From the IMG/VR virus record IMGVR_UViG_3300032277_002983, positions 1 through 37,701 of that record: DNA of 37,701 nucleotides. One strand, 5' to 3'. Within the stretch, counting starts at the first letter, position 1. Each line of letters begins with the position of its first letter. The notes beneath the pieces were generated by a model. The model did not search any database. It was not told the DNA's origin and worked only from the letters and a program-made list of their open reading frames with translations. Source of the DNA: a virus. Taxonomy: Duplodnaviria > Caudoviricetes. A program made the translations under genes and the position numbers. This document shows, in pieces, positions 1 to 9,427 of this stretch.

Positions 1-144
1 ATGACCCAGGCAAAAATTGTACTTAACGGCGGCGCATTGGGATTCAATAAAATAGAAGTGGAAGGGTGCGACTTAACAAGCATGACTAATTTCATTTCAA
101 TCGATATGAAAGCTTATCGAATAGATACGACCGGAACTAACTGA
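1..144 (+). CDS. Small hypothetical protein (47 aa, MTQAKIVLNGG...)
   Basis: ATG at 1, open to TGA at 142-144; overlaps the convergent ORF 114-269. Confidence 0.35.
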   Translation: MTQAKIVLNGGALGFNKIEVEGCDLTSMTNFISIDMKAYRIDTTGTN

Positions 145-269
145 TTTCCATCAACAACAAAATCCAATGCTTCGCTGTTAATACCAAACGCATGAATAAT
201 AACAACCTGTTTTCCATCAACAACGCCGTTATGGGAGATTTTTAAATCTCCCTGGACGTTTTCTAGCAT
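114..269 (-). CDS. Small hypothetical protein (51 aa, MLENVQGDLKISH...)
   Basis: Hand-translated; GCAGGAA RBS-like sequence upstream; follows 281-484 in the same operon. Confidence 0.5.
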   Translation of the reverse strand: MLENVQGDLKISHNGVVDGKQVVIIHAFGINSEALDFVVDGNQLVPVVSIR

Positions 270-280
270 TTCCTGCAGCG

Positions 281-484
281 TCACGCTTGCTCGCGAGCTG
301 CCGCAATAGCTCGATCAAGCTGATCATTGTCACCTGTTTTCATCATCTCGAAAGCTTGGTCCATCGTAATTTCGTTAGCTTTTACGCGCCTGGCAACATC
401 CGCAATGTAATTTATTTCGTTAGCTAGCAGTTTATCGCCGACTAATAAAAATATGGCAATCTCAAGTTCTGTTTTATCGTTCAT
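281..484 (-). CDS. Hypothetical protein
   Basis: 67 aa ORF coupled to the upstream lipoprotein gene. Confidence 0.65.
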   Translation of the reverse strand: MNDKTELEIAIFLLVGDKLLANEINYIADVARRVKANEITMDQAFEMMKTGDNDQLDRAIAAAREQA

Positions 485-876
485 TATTTTGGCCTCAGTT
501 CATTTTGCAGGGTAAGAAGTAACATTAAAATTCGATCCTGCTCTGATTCGCACGGTAGTTCAGCGCCCGCGTATACAATTTTGCATTGACTTAAATCGCC
601 ACTAGCGAGCTTGTAGGCTGAGCGGATATCGTTGATGACGGCCTCAGCCTTGCGAGTTTCCTCATCAACTTTTTCCGCCCTGGAAATCGGTATAACGCCG
701 TTGTGTAATGCAAATACGGTCATATTACGCGCCGCTCTAATCTGCCCATGAGTCAGCAGCAAGGCTTCTTCAAAATTATCAGGCGCCGGTATTTGTTTCA
801 CGGCATTATAAGTGCTACAGCCAGTGATGGCGGCAAGCAACACAATTAACGGGACAAATAAGCAGTATTTTTTCAT
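484..876 (-). CDS. Lipoprotein, possible spanin/lysis accessory
   Basis: MKK, hydrophobic stretch and lipobox ITG-C; located at the end of the late operon. Confidence 0.6.
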   Translation of the reverse strand: MKKYCLFVPLIVLLAAITGCSTYNAVKQIPAPDNFEEALLLTHGQIRAARNMTVFALHNGVIPISRAEKVDEETRKAEAVINDIRSAYKLASGDLSQCKIVYAGAELPCESEQDRILMLLLTLQNELRPK

Positions 877-1088
877 GATTTTTTAGCTCCAGGAATAGCG
901 CTTGGTTCCTGCTTCATCGATTTAAGATCATTTGCGCCCGCGACCAACCCAGTAATTAACATTACAAGCCAGGAAACCTCGCCAATATCTGCAATTTTGG
1001 CGTTTGGGTCCAGATTTGTGGCTACCGCTAAGAAAGCGCCACCAAAAACAACCACCACTGTTAAAAGGGCTCTGATATATACGTTCAT
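873..1088 (-). CDS. Holin-like two-TM membrane protein
   Basis: 71 aa, two hydrophobic helices, basic C-terminus, downstream of tail genes. Confidence 0.55.
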   Translation of the reverse strand: MNVYIRALLTVVVVFGGAFLAVATNLDPNAKIADIGEVSWLVMLITGLVAGANDLKSMKQEPSAIPGAKKS

Positions 1089-1096
1089 AGGTCACC

Positions 1097-1573
1097 TCAA
1101 TTGTTAATTTTCGACGAAAGTTCTTTAGTTTGCTTGTTTAAAATAAACCAATAGTCAGACATTTTTGAAACAATGTCATCAATCCGTTTTGCGTTATCCG
1201 CTTGCTTCTTTGTGTTATCCACCTGCTTTGATATTACGTTGTTTTGCATTTCAAACAATCTAATAATATTTTTTTCATTCTTTGCTGATAACGTTGATTG
1301 TTTTTCTAAAAACTTTCTCTGCGAATCTTGATTGCTTGTAACTTGAGTCATTTGAGCGGTTATATTTAATAGTGCGGCCACCTGCACTTCACGATTTATT
1401 TTATTTTCTTTTTCTGCATCATTAAGCGCTTTAACTATTTGCTTTTGGAATTCTACGCTTCGATTTTTATCTGACAGATACACGTAACTAACGACGCTAA
1501 TGAGCGACGTAATTAATATAACTATAATCTGCATTATTATTGTTGGTATTGCTACTATTTTAAAATTAGGCAT
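1097..1573 (-). CDS. Single-TM coiled-coil protein (lysis module candidate)
   Basis: N-terminal TM followed by a Q/K/N-rich helical region; AT-rich. Confidence 0.5.
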   Translation of the reverse strand: MPNFKIVAIPTIIMQIIVILITSLISVVSYVYLSDKNRSVEFQKQIVKALNDAEKENKINREVQVAALLNITAQMTQVTSNQDSQRKFLEKQSTLSAKNEKNIIRLFEMQNNVISKQVDNTKKQADNAKRIDDIVSKMSDYWFILNKQTKELSSKINN

Positions 1574-1623
1574 TGCATTCTATACCGATTATTTTTTCTT
1601 TAATCATCATTTTGCGAAGAAAA

Positions 1624-2247
1624 TTAATAGGTGTTTACAACAAAGAAAAAAGCAGAATCAGTCAGTGTGCCGCTAACGTCGCGAGTATTTACCGAGAATG
1701 TATTGGTGTTATGAGAGCCGAGAGAGCACACCGGCGCTGCACCACCGTTAGATGTTGCCTGTACTGAATAAGTAAGCGCCCCTAGATTGTGTGTTATCAA
1801 ATAGTTGCCAGGGGACAACTTCAAAAAAGACCAGCCCGATATACCAGCGGCGGGTTGAGTCAAAGCGCCAGCGCTAGAAACAAGGCCAGAGAACATTTTT
1901 TTAAAGTTGACTTTACCCTGTAAAGTAGATGGCGCGATAGCCCGCCCGGAATCGGTTCCTGTGTCTGCTTCGGCTTGTGTGGCTAGCTCAATAAGTCCTA
2001 TTGCCGTTGTGCTTGATACTTTGCTTTGGAGCGAAAACGGTGTTACCGCTCTTATGGAGTCAGCGCCTGCTTGTGTTTCAGCGGGTGTTGCAAGCTCAAC
2101 AGGGCCAACTAGCGTTGACGTTGCCGATGCATTTTTCATGTCGTTGACGTTATCGGCCATTTGCTTTATTTGGGCACGTGCATTTGCTGGATTATCTGTG
2201 CCCGCATCCATAGCCGTTGTGTCAATTGTTACTGTAGGCCAAGCCAT
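1624..2247 (-). CDS. Short tail fibre protein
   Basis: Two 36-aa GxxELATxAExxxGxD...P..LQ fibre repeats and a beta-rich C-terminal tip; follows the J-like gene. Confidence 0.75.
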   Translation of the reverse strand: MAWPTVTIDTTAMDAGTDNPANARAQIKQMADNVNDMKNASATSTLVGPVELATPAETQAGADSIRAVTPFSLQSKVSSTTAIGLIELATQAEADTGTDSGRAIAPSTLQGKVNFKKMFSGLVSSAGALTQPAAGISGWSFLKLSPGNYLITHNLGALTYSVQATSNGGAAPVCSLGSHNTNTFSVNTRDVSGTLTDSAFFFVVNTY

Positions 2248-2250
2248 AAT

Positions 2251-4734
2251 TTAACCTTGATTTATAGTGATGTTTAACGCGGATAACTCAATCAATCCGC
2301 TACCAATTGCTAATGTTATTCTGTATTCGACATAACGACCATTCCGGATTGTGCCTGTAATGGTGGTCCACGCGGACCATGCAATTGCATCATCGGACCA
2401 TCGAGCCTCACGCGTTATTGTTGTCGCGTTTGTTGTGTTTGAGTCGTTTATTACAAAATTTACAATAGCGCCTAAGTCGATTTGAGTGTGCTCATATCGA
2501 ACGCCAGACAAATATGGGTTATCGATCCAGCTGGTCCATGCGTCCCATGTACTGGGTAATGTGGCCCATGTAGATTGTGATTCAGCATAGATATTTCCGT
2601 TTGTTTCTTTCCGTGCCTGAGTAAGCGTTCCGGGCCACCCGAGCGCTTTTGCATCCTCTGTCAAAATTGCGGTGCCAAGTCTTTGAGGTCCTAACGTAAC
2701 CTCTGTTGATACTGCGTTAGTTGACTCATTTCCGGTGGTGTCAACCGCTTTCACCAAAAAGGTGTAAGCGCCTGCGCTTAACTGGTTAGATTCAAATAGT
2801 CTTAATCCGCCATCTATCAACTCGCCGCCGGGCACGTCTGTAGCAGTAGCCCACGTTCCTCCAGTTCCTGATTTGTAGCGGAAATGAAAGCCACGAAGGT
2901 CAACTGGCGGCGAACTATAAACCCACGAGTACTCACGCGTGCCGTCAGCTTGGCGTTGCACGGTAATTGAATTAACATCACCAGGCGGGGCGCTTTTTCC
3001 CTCAATTAATTCTGAGGCGATAACCCAATCGCTGATAGCGCCCTGACCGTTAACGTGCCTGATTCGGAAATCATAGTTTGTGTTATCCTCTAAATTCTGG
3101 ATATAAACACTATTTCCTGTCCTGGCATGCGCTGAATTACCTGGACGGTAATCGCTATCCGATGATTTTTTGAACTCAACCTCTGTTCTAACAACAAAAA
3201 TATCGTTAGGTGAATTCCAGCTTATCAATGCCCTTGTAATTAACGTTTTATCCTGAGCTATTAATATTTGCGACTCAGACCCATCTATAGCCAATCCTGT
3301 CGGGTCAGAAACGTCGAAAGGGTTTGGTAATTCAGTGTTATCAGGCGGTGTTTGTTCCGCGCTAACGGTACGGTCATAAACCGCATCCTCATGCTCAACC
3401 AACGCAACGGCAACATTACCAAATTGTGTTAAATCAAGGTTTGCAACACGGAATTTTTTAGCCGTCCATCCGGGCGTATCATGAGTTACTGTGCAAATAC
3501 TGCCAGCCTTTACTTTTAATGCCTCAATGGTGGAAACAAAACCAACCGTTATATTTTCACGGCTTTCCTTCAGAATTGTTTCGGCACGATGCAAAGCGCG
3601 AGAATAGCTTGTCTCGTAAAGATTTGATATTTCTTTCTCAAGAACAAGCCCATTATCATCATTCAAAAATGTGACAGAATCTTTTATTGCAACGTCTGCC
3701 TGATAATCTTTAGCAGGATTTGCAAAGCGCACTTTAACTAAATTAAGCCTGTCTGTTTTGCTTGTACCTTTAAATGACCAGCCGCCAATTATGTTTGTTT
3801 TGTTAAAATCAAAAACGCCCACACCCTGATCTCTAATTACTAACTCGTACTTCCCCTGTACGTACGGCAAAATGCCTCGGCATGTTGTAAGTAATAATTT
3901 TATATTATCAAGCACTTTTCGTTCTGTGTTTACTGACCCGTTTATTGCAAAAGTGTCCTCTGTGCTTGCATCAGTAGTGCTTATAGTTTGCTGCACCTCG
4001 CAGGTATCGGCGGCAGAAATGATTGCTGCGTCATCGACATCATTGGCTGCCGTCAAACCACGGCCATAAATTGTATTTGTTAAATAGTCACGTATAACTA
4101 GCGCTGGATTAGTTGAATATACCGTTGTTGTTGTACGTGGGTCATAAACTTTTTTGCCTTTAACGTCGCATGTAATGCGCGGGAACCCTGAATAAGCCTT
4201 TCTGTTTTCATCCCATTTAAAACGACATGCGAGATACGCCAAGCCTTTTAATTGATGAGCGCTAGTCCACAGTGACGGAAATGCAGCCATCATTGTCGGG
4301 TCTGCGGCTTGGGTCACTGTCCCGGTATATTTTGTCATATCAACAAGCCCGTTAAATTTAGGGGAAATTGTATTTTGATCGTTGATATATACGTCGTTTA
4401 TTGATTCAATTTCGCCCTCACACAACACAAGGACAATGTGCAAATATTCATTGTTTGTGCCTGAGACCCAACCAGGTACAACGCGAATGCCGCCGGTCCG
4501 TCGTTCGCCATAAATTACCGGTATCTTTTTTGTTGCGCTATCGAGATTTAATAAAATTCCTTTTTCTGGTTCCGGTGCTTCTGGCGCATCTACATCCAGC
4601 ACTGTTCCCAGCACGTTGCTTATTGCGTCACCAGCTAAATCCAGTATTCCCTCGCCTACATCCTGGATTCCATCAACAACAGATTCGCCAAAGTCCTGTA
4701 CTGCGTCCTTGATATCACGAAATGGATTGCCCAT
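2251..4734 (-). CDS. Tail tip / host-specificity protein (lambda J-like, FN3 domains)
   Basis: 827 aa; IPVIYG, LCEGEI, VKGKKVYDPR and STNPAL.IRDYL motifs; FN3-like segments (YDFRIRHVN, YTFLVKAVDTTGNES). Confidence 0.85.
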   Translation of the reverse strand: MGNPFRDIKDAVQDFGESVVDGIQDVGEGILDLAGDAISNVLGTVLDVDAPEAPEPEKGILLNLDSATKKIPVIYGERRTGGIRVVPGWVSGTNNEYLHIVLVLCEGEIESINDVYINDQNTISPKFNGLVDMTKYTGTVTQAADPTMMAAFPSLWTSAHQLKGLAYLACRFKWDENRKAYSGFPRITCDVKGKKVYDPRTTTTVYSTNPALVIRDYLTNTIYGRGLTAANDVDDAAIISAADTCEVQQTISTTDASTEDTFAINGSVNTERKVLDNIKLLLTTCRGILPYVQGKYELVIRDQGVGVFDFNKTNIIGGWSFKGTSKTDRLNLVKVRFANPAKDYQADVAIKDSVTFLNDDNGLVLEKEISNLYETSYSRALHRAETILKESRENITVGFVSTIEALKVKAGSICTVTHDTPGWTAKKFRVANLDLTQFGNVAVALVEHEDAVYDRTVSAEQTPPDNTELPNPFDVSDPTGLAIDGSESQILIAQDKTLITRALISWNSPNDIFVVRTEVEFKKSSDSDYRPGNSAHARTGNSVYIQNLEDNTNYDFRIRHVNGQGAISDWVIASELIEGKSAPPGDVNSITVQRQADGTREYSWVYSSPPVDLRGFHFRYKSGTGGTWATATDVPGGELIDGGLRLFESNQLSAGAYTFLVKAVDTTGNESTNAVSTEVTLGPQRLGTAILTEDAKALGWPGTLTQARKETNGNIYAESQSTWATLPSTWDAWTSWIDNPYLSGVRYEHTQIDLGAIVNFVINDSNTTNATTITREARWSDDAIAWSAWTTITGTIRNGRYVEYRITLAIGSGLIELSALNITINQG

Positions 4735-4737
4735 TAA

Positions 4738-5295
4738 TTAAGACCTGCCCCATTTTAAATCCACCACTTTATCACCGGAATATTCTAAACCTTTATCACC
4801 CGGATAATAATATTGCTGATCTTCGTTGTTAGACCTTCTTCCAGCAACACGCTCAAAGTCAGCCCAGTGGCTCGCTAATGCCCAAGTTAAGGATGCGGTT
4901 CCTTCGCTTGGATCTTCTTGAAATGAAAAGTTTGTTACATAATAGTCATGTTGTATCGGGCTGGCGATTACCTGGGGTTGCGAATCAAGTATTGCGCGTA
5001 AAATTGTAACTTTCCGGTTTATATAGTTTTCGCTTAATGCCACCGAAACATTAGACAAATTTGCCCCGGAAAGCGTTATATTTAAGCTGTTAAGCTGCAC
5101 ATTTGCCGTTTCTTTTATTGACGATATTTTTAATATTCCGATACCTGGCAAATAAGTATTGCCGCCATAAACAATTGATCTACTCCACGTCGTCAAATAA
5201 ACATCAGTGCTAAATGCAAAATGTATTAATAAAAATGTTTTTATTTGTTGCTGAGATAACGCTGATTGCATTTCAGCCGATAATGTTCTGCTCAT
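4738..5295 (-). CDS. Baseplate hub / minor tail protein (gpL-like)
   Basis: C-terminal DQQ.YYPGDKGLEY....DLKWGR motif; lies between Dit and tip genes. Confidence 0.75.
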   Translation of the reverse strand: MSRTLSAEMQSALSQQQIKTFLLIHFAFSTDVYLTTWSRSIVYGGNTYLPGIGILKISSIKETANVQLNSLNITLSGANLSNVSVALSENYINRKVTILRAILDSQPQVIASPIQHDYYVTNFSFQEDPSEGTASLTWALASHWADFERVAGRRSNNEDQQYYYPGDKGLEYSGDKVVDLKWGRS

Positions 5296-6704
5296 AACGA
5301 CTCTATTAAGTCTAATTCGAAATCATGCAGCATTGGCGGATTTACATCGTAAATTTGACTGTCATCGACGAGCGATACTGTGTATGCAACATTGTTTACT
5401 GTTGCGGCGACTCCATCGGCAGGCATTATGTTTAGTTCCGGGTATACCGTAATGTGGCATGCACCATCAGGTTCTGTGCTAACGTCATCTGTGTTTATGT
5501 AAACCTTTGAGTCCCCCAAAAAACTAATTAAATCGCCAGCGCGCAACCAATTAACCTGCGATTTTGTCGCATTTGATAAAATCAAACTGTGCGCCTGATC
5601 TGGATTTCGAGTGACAGTTATATTGTCGAATGTTGATATGTTTGTTGCCGATTGCCCATCGATGCACCATATATATGTAATTTCTGATACAGCTGTGAAT
5701 GTAAAAGTCCGACCTACTCCAGTACCATCAATGAAACCTAAATCAGGCCCATTTTCTGGGTTAGCTATTGTTGGGTGAGCCGCAATTCTTGATAGCGTTT
5801 GACTGCCGGTTATAATGTCGCCAACAACGGTGTATTGATCTCCTGTTTTTGTCAGCACTGCTTGACGCCTGCCCATCCAGACAGAATTGCTGCCCTGTGT
5901 TATTGTCAATATCCCAGAAGCAATTGAAGTGCTTCCGCCAGACGAAGAATTCAGATCTTGAGCCCAGCAAAAATCACCATAAAATGTTCCGTTGCCGACT
6001 AAATTGGACGACCCAACAACCGAAATGTTATCAAATGTTGATGACGAACTTGCAGATTGACCATCGATACACCAAATGTAAGTTGTTTCTGATATGGCAT
6101 TAAATGTTAATGACTGACCAGCCCCTGCGCCAGCAACGTCAGCCAATTCAAACGGACCTGATCCAGGATTAGTTGCCGATGAACTAACGCCGACCCTGGT
6201 TAATGTTGCGTGACCCGATACTATATCAAAACCTACGGTATAAGCGCGACCTATAGCGGTTGATATGGCCTGATACCTGCCCATCCAAACAGAGCTTGTC
6301 CCTTGCGTGACAGTTAGAATGCCCCCTGAAATTACTGTCGTGCCACCAGGCGAACCGTTTAGATCTTCAGTCCATCCTGTATCCGACCCAAAATCGCCTG
6401 ATGATACCAAGTCAACAAACCCAACAACAGGCGATCCACCACCTTCACCGCGCGGCGAAGCCGTTTCAGGCGGGATTACCGTGAAATTACCATAACTGCC
6501 CTGCTGTGACATAATAAACGCCCACAACGGCCTGAATTCATCTTTAGACATATCACTGTTATAAGTCAGCGTTAGCCCCCATAGGTGGCCCCCGACTTGC
6601 CGGGAATTCTTTTTACCTGATTGAGCTACATCAGAAACATTCGCATAACGTGATTCTACCGTTACTTTTTTAAATTTCGGCGATGATGGTAATTGTCCAC
6701 TCAT
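5292..6704 (-). CDS. Distal tail protein (Dit) with two inserted carbohydrate-binding-like domains
   Basis: Immediately after the tape measure gene; Dit-like N- and C-terminal parts flank a tandem ~133-aa duplication. Confidence 0.7.
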   Translation of the reverse strand: MSGQLPSSPKFKKVTVESRYANVSDVAQSGKKNSRQVGGHLWGLTLTYNSDMSKDEFRPLWAFIMSQQGSYGNFTVIPPETASPRGEGGGSPVVGFVDLVSSGDFGSDTGWTEDLNGSPGGTTVISGGILTVTQGTSSVWMGRYQAISTAIGRAYTVGFDIVSGHATLTRVGVSSSATNPGSGPFELADVAGAGAGQSLTFNAISETTYIWCIDGQSASSSSTFDNISVVGSSNLVGNGTFYGDFCWAQDLNSSSGGSTSIASGILTITQGSNSVWMGRRQAVLTKTGDQYTVVGDIITGSQTLSRIAAHPTIANPENGPDLGFIDGTGVGRTFTFTAVSEITYIWCIDGQSATNISTFDNITVTRNPDQAHSLILSNATKSQVNWLRAGDLISFLGDSKVYINTDDVSTEPDGACHITVYPELNIMPADGVAATVNNVAYTVSLVDDSQIYDVNPPMLHDFELDLIESL

Positions 6705-8812
6705 TAAAAATTTGCTCTACGGCCTGATTCATTCATTGCTTGCCTCACGCCGCGCACCGCCATGGCCTCGATAACCTGGCTCTGTTGTCGAATTATGCGC
6801 TTGGTCTCCCGGGTGATGTCCCCGGTAATATTAAACTGAGGTGCTATTGTTATTTCGACCTTGCCTGATCCAGATTGACGGCGTTGCAGTTGGTTATTCG
6901 GCGTTATATTGCCGCTGGCATTTGGTGTAAACAGCTCTGGCCCGCGCTCACCGACCAAGAAAGTTCTGCCTGGCTGTACTGGCCCGCCGCGCTCCCTGGC
7001 GCCAGAAAACAATGATGCAGATAATGCGGCAACGGCGGCGATGCCAGCCAATGCGATTGGGATGTTTGTACCGGCAGTGGCGATTGATGTAGCGGCTGCT
7101 GCTGGTGCCGCGCTAGCTGCGATAGCGGTGTTTGATGCCACAGTAGCCGATGTTGCCGCTGCTTGTGCGGTGAGCGCTGCTGCTTGTTGTGATTTTTCGA
7201 GCGCGAATTCCGCAGTTTTCCTTATGCCGATCTCGACAAGCCCGGAAATAACGGACTGCACTGCGCCCCGGGCAACCGCCCTGGCCAAATCGCCGAAATT
7301 CTTCTGCTCAAGTACCGCAGTGGCCACGGCGTCGCCAATTCCAACCGCGAACCTGCCGCCCGCCGACTCCCACGCATCCGCCCATTGTGGCGCAACATCA
7401 ACGCTATCACGCTGCTCAGCTACCGCATTAGTAAATGTATCGTTTGATTGATTGATGGCGCGAGAATAGGTTTCTGATTCTATTTTTCCCTGGCGCCATA
7501 GCTCGGTAAGGCGCTCAATGTCCCTGGTGTAATTTTCAAGCGGCGTGCGGGTTGCTTCAAATATCCGCAATAGTTCGCTTTGTTCTCGTTTAAAATCACT
7601 GGCAGCGGTGGTTTGTATGCTTTTCGCTAATGCTTCTTGTTCTTTTTTGCGATCTTTCGTTAATTTGATGGCTATTTTTTCTACTTCTGCCTCTTTTTTC
7701 TTTATTTCAATATTATTTCTATCAATCTGGTTTTGTATGCGGGATTGTTCTTGTGATTGCTCGCCTGCGATTCTGGCGGCGTTCTCGCTTTTTTGCTCTA
7801 ATGTTCTTTTTTCGGTTATTAGGCTTATTTGTTCGTTAATCAGGCTGAGTTCTTCCTTGGCGTTAACCATCTTTTCGGCGGAAAATAGCTTGCTTAAAAT
7901 TCCTTCTTGGTTGATTAATTCATTTAACCTTTCGCGGCGCTGGACCAATGCGCCAAGTTGGCGTTCTTGGCCGGGGAATAGGTCAGTATTTATGTTATCT
8001 AATAGCTGGCTAAGTACATTTGTTGTTTTAGTAAATGCGGACGAATCCCCAAAATTTTCTTTTAATTTTGTCCATCGCTCACCAAGGGTATCAACTGCGC
8101 CGGCCAAACCACCGGCTTCCGCTGCGCCTGCACCGCCAACCTGTTGTTGCAGTTTATCCAGGATTAGCGCCTGCGCTTCGGCGGCTTGTCCTGTATCATT
8201 TAACGCAACAATCACATCTTTTTCGGACTGCGTAAAACTAACACCTGATCGACGAAGCGCATTTAATCCGCGCGTTGGATCTTCCAGCGCTTTTGCCAAT
8301 TGCAATGTTGATGATTTTAAATCCTGCCCCATTACGGCCGATAAATCTTGTGCCAGCTTTAGCGTACGGGTAAATGTATCACCTGACACCGATCTAAACG
8401 TTAGGAGTACGCCTATTGCATCCCTGGCGCCATTGGCACTTGCCATCGTTGCCTCACCTAAGCTGCGAGCCATTTCGTCAAGCTGTTTTGCGGTAAAACC
8501 AGACGCGTTACCGGTTGCTCTTAACAGCGCCTCAAGTTTTAGTGTTTGTTGCTCCAACAAAATACCGGCATCCAGCGAGCTTTTTAGAACGACGGTTAAC
8601 CCTGCAAAGGCAACACCGCTGGCCAAAACGCCAGGGTTCATTACACTTAATCCTGATGCGATCGATGAAATACGGCCTGATACGCCACCAAGCGGGCCTT
8701 GGATAATTGCCGCTGATCGACCTAAATTTTGGATGTTTGATTGCGCTTTTTTTATAACAACGGCTGATTCGTCATCGGCCCGTATTTTAAATTTCGCGGT
8801 TGATGTCGTCAT
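6704..8812 (-). CDS. Tail tape measure protein
   Basis: 702 aa, Ala-rich and helical; QLAKALEDPTRGLNALRRSGVSFT and ARERGGPV...VGERGPELF motifs. Confidence 0.92.
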   Translation of the reverse strand: MTTSTAKFKIRADDESAVVIKKAQSNIQNLGRSAAIIQGPLGGVSGRISSIASGLSVMNPGVLASGVAFAGLTVVLKSSLDAGILLEQQTLKLEALLRATGNASGFTAKQLDEMARSLGEATMASANGARDAIGVLLTFRSVSGDTFTRTLKLAQDLSAVMGQDLKSSTLQLAKALEDPTRGLNALRRSGVSFTQSEKDVIVALNDTGQAAEAQALILDKLQQQVGGAGAAEAGGLAGAVDTLGERWTKLKENFGDSSAFTKTTNVLSQLLDNINTDLFPGQERQLGALVQRRERLNELINQEGILSKLFSAEKMVNAKEELSLINEQISLITEKRTLEQKSENAARIAGEQSQEQSRIQNQIDRNNIEIKKKEAEVEKIAIKLTKDRKKEQEALAKSIQTTAASDFKREQSELLRIFEATRTPLENYTRDIERLTELWRQGKIESETYSRAINQSNDTFTNAVAEQRDSVDVAPQWADAWESAGGRFAVGIGDAVATAVLEQKNFGDLARAVARGAVQSVISGLVEIGIRKTAEFALEKSQQAAALTAQAAATSATVASNTAIAASAAPAAAATSIATAGTNIPIALAGIAAVAALSASLFSGARERGGPVQPGRTFLVGERGPELFTPNASGNITPNNQLQRRQSGSGKVEITIAPQFNITGDITRETKRIIRQQSQVIEAMAVRGVRQAMNESGRRANF

Positions 8813-8813
8813 A

Positions 8814-9427
8814 TCAGCAGGACTCTATTAAATTTATTATTTCTATGTAAGCGTTGGATTGCTCAAGAATTCCGTGACTGTCTGGCAGATAACCGTTTTT
8901 ATAGTGATTGTACAGCTGGATATAAAAAGATGCTTGGCCATCCGTCTGATCTCTTAGGCATTCGCGAGTTTCGATGATTACCTGTCCATTGTGCTCGATT
9001 GATAACCCAGCGCCTTTGCAGGGGCAGTTTTTGCAGTTGAATTTCTTTGGCGCCCTGCCAATTTCTATGGCGACAATTATTTTTTTTTCTCGTCGTCAGT
9101 AATATGGCTATTTTTAATAATATGGTTGGTGATATACCGCACGATTTCAAATGGCAATCTATCGATGTTTTCCTTTGTGATGCGCGAAAATTCAACATCA
9201 TTGCCGTCTGCATCTTTAAAATTTTTCCAGCCTTTAAGGCCAAATGATAATATGTGAGAAAGGCCGTCACCAACATACGCACATCCACCGCCCGGCAATA
9301 TCTCGATAAACTGCATGCACGTTTCAAATTCTACGCCACTTAGCGGCTTATATAGAAATTCGAAATCGCCATCATCAAACGGCTTTTCCCAGGTTGGCAA
9401 TATTTTTGCAGTTGCTACGACGCGCAT
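8814..9427 (-). CDS. Tail assembly chaperone GT (via -1 frameshift)
   Basis: A9 run at 9080-9088; the -1 frame is open (IIVAIEIG...YKNGYLPDSHGILEQSNAYIE...ESC) to TGA at 8814-8816, just before the tape measure start. Confidence 0.8.
9077..9427 (-). CDS. Tail assembly chaperone G
   Basis: Between tube and tape measure genes; LKGWKNFKD motif; ends DDEKKK on a slippery A-run. Confidence 0.85.
   Translation of the reverse strand: MRVVATAKILPTWEKPFDDGDFEFLYKPLSGVEFETCMQFIEILPGGGCAYVGDGLSHILSFGLKGWKNFKDADGNDVEFSRITKENIDRLPFEIVRYITNHIIKNSHITDDEKKK

Noticed and set aside
1624-6704. Diversity-generating retroelement or invertible tail-fibre cassette
   Set aside because: No reverse transcriptase, invertase or adenine-specific TR/VR pair seen; the Dit duplication is diverged at all base types
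7545-8831. 428-aa antisense ORF (and 180-aa ORF at 6909-7451) opposite the tape measure gene
   Set aside because: Ser/Ala/Phe-rich mirror translation of an Ala/Leu/Glu-rich helical gene; no motifs; typical shadow ORF
8899-9327. 142-aa ORF overlapping chaperone G as a candidate T frame
   Set aside because: It is the +1 frame and stops well short of the tape measure gene; the -1 frame gives the chaperone-like sequence
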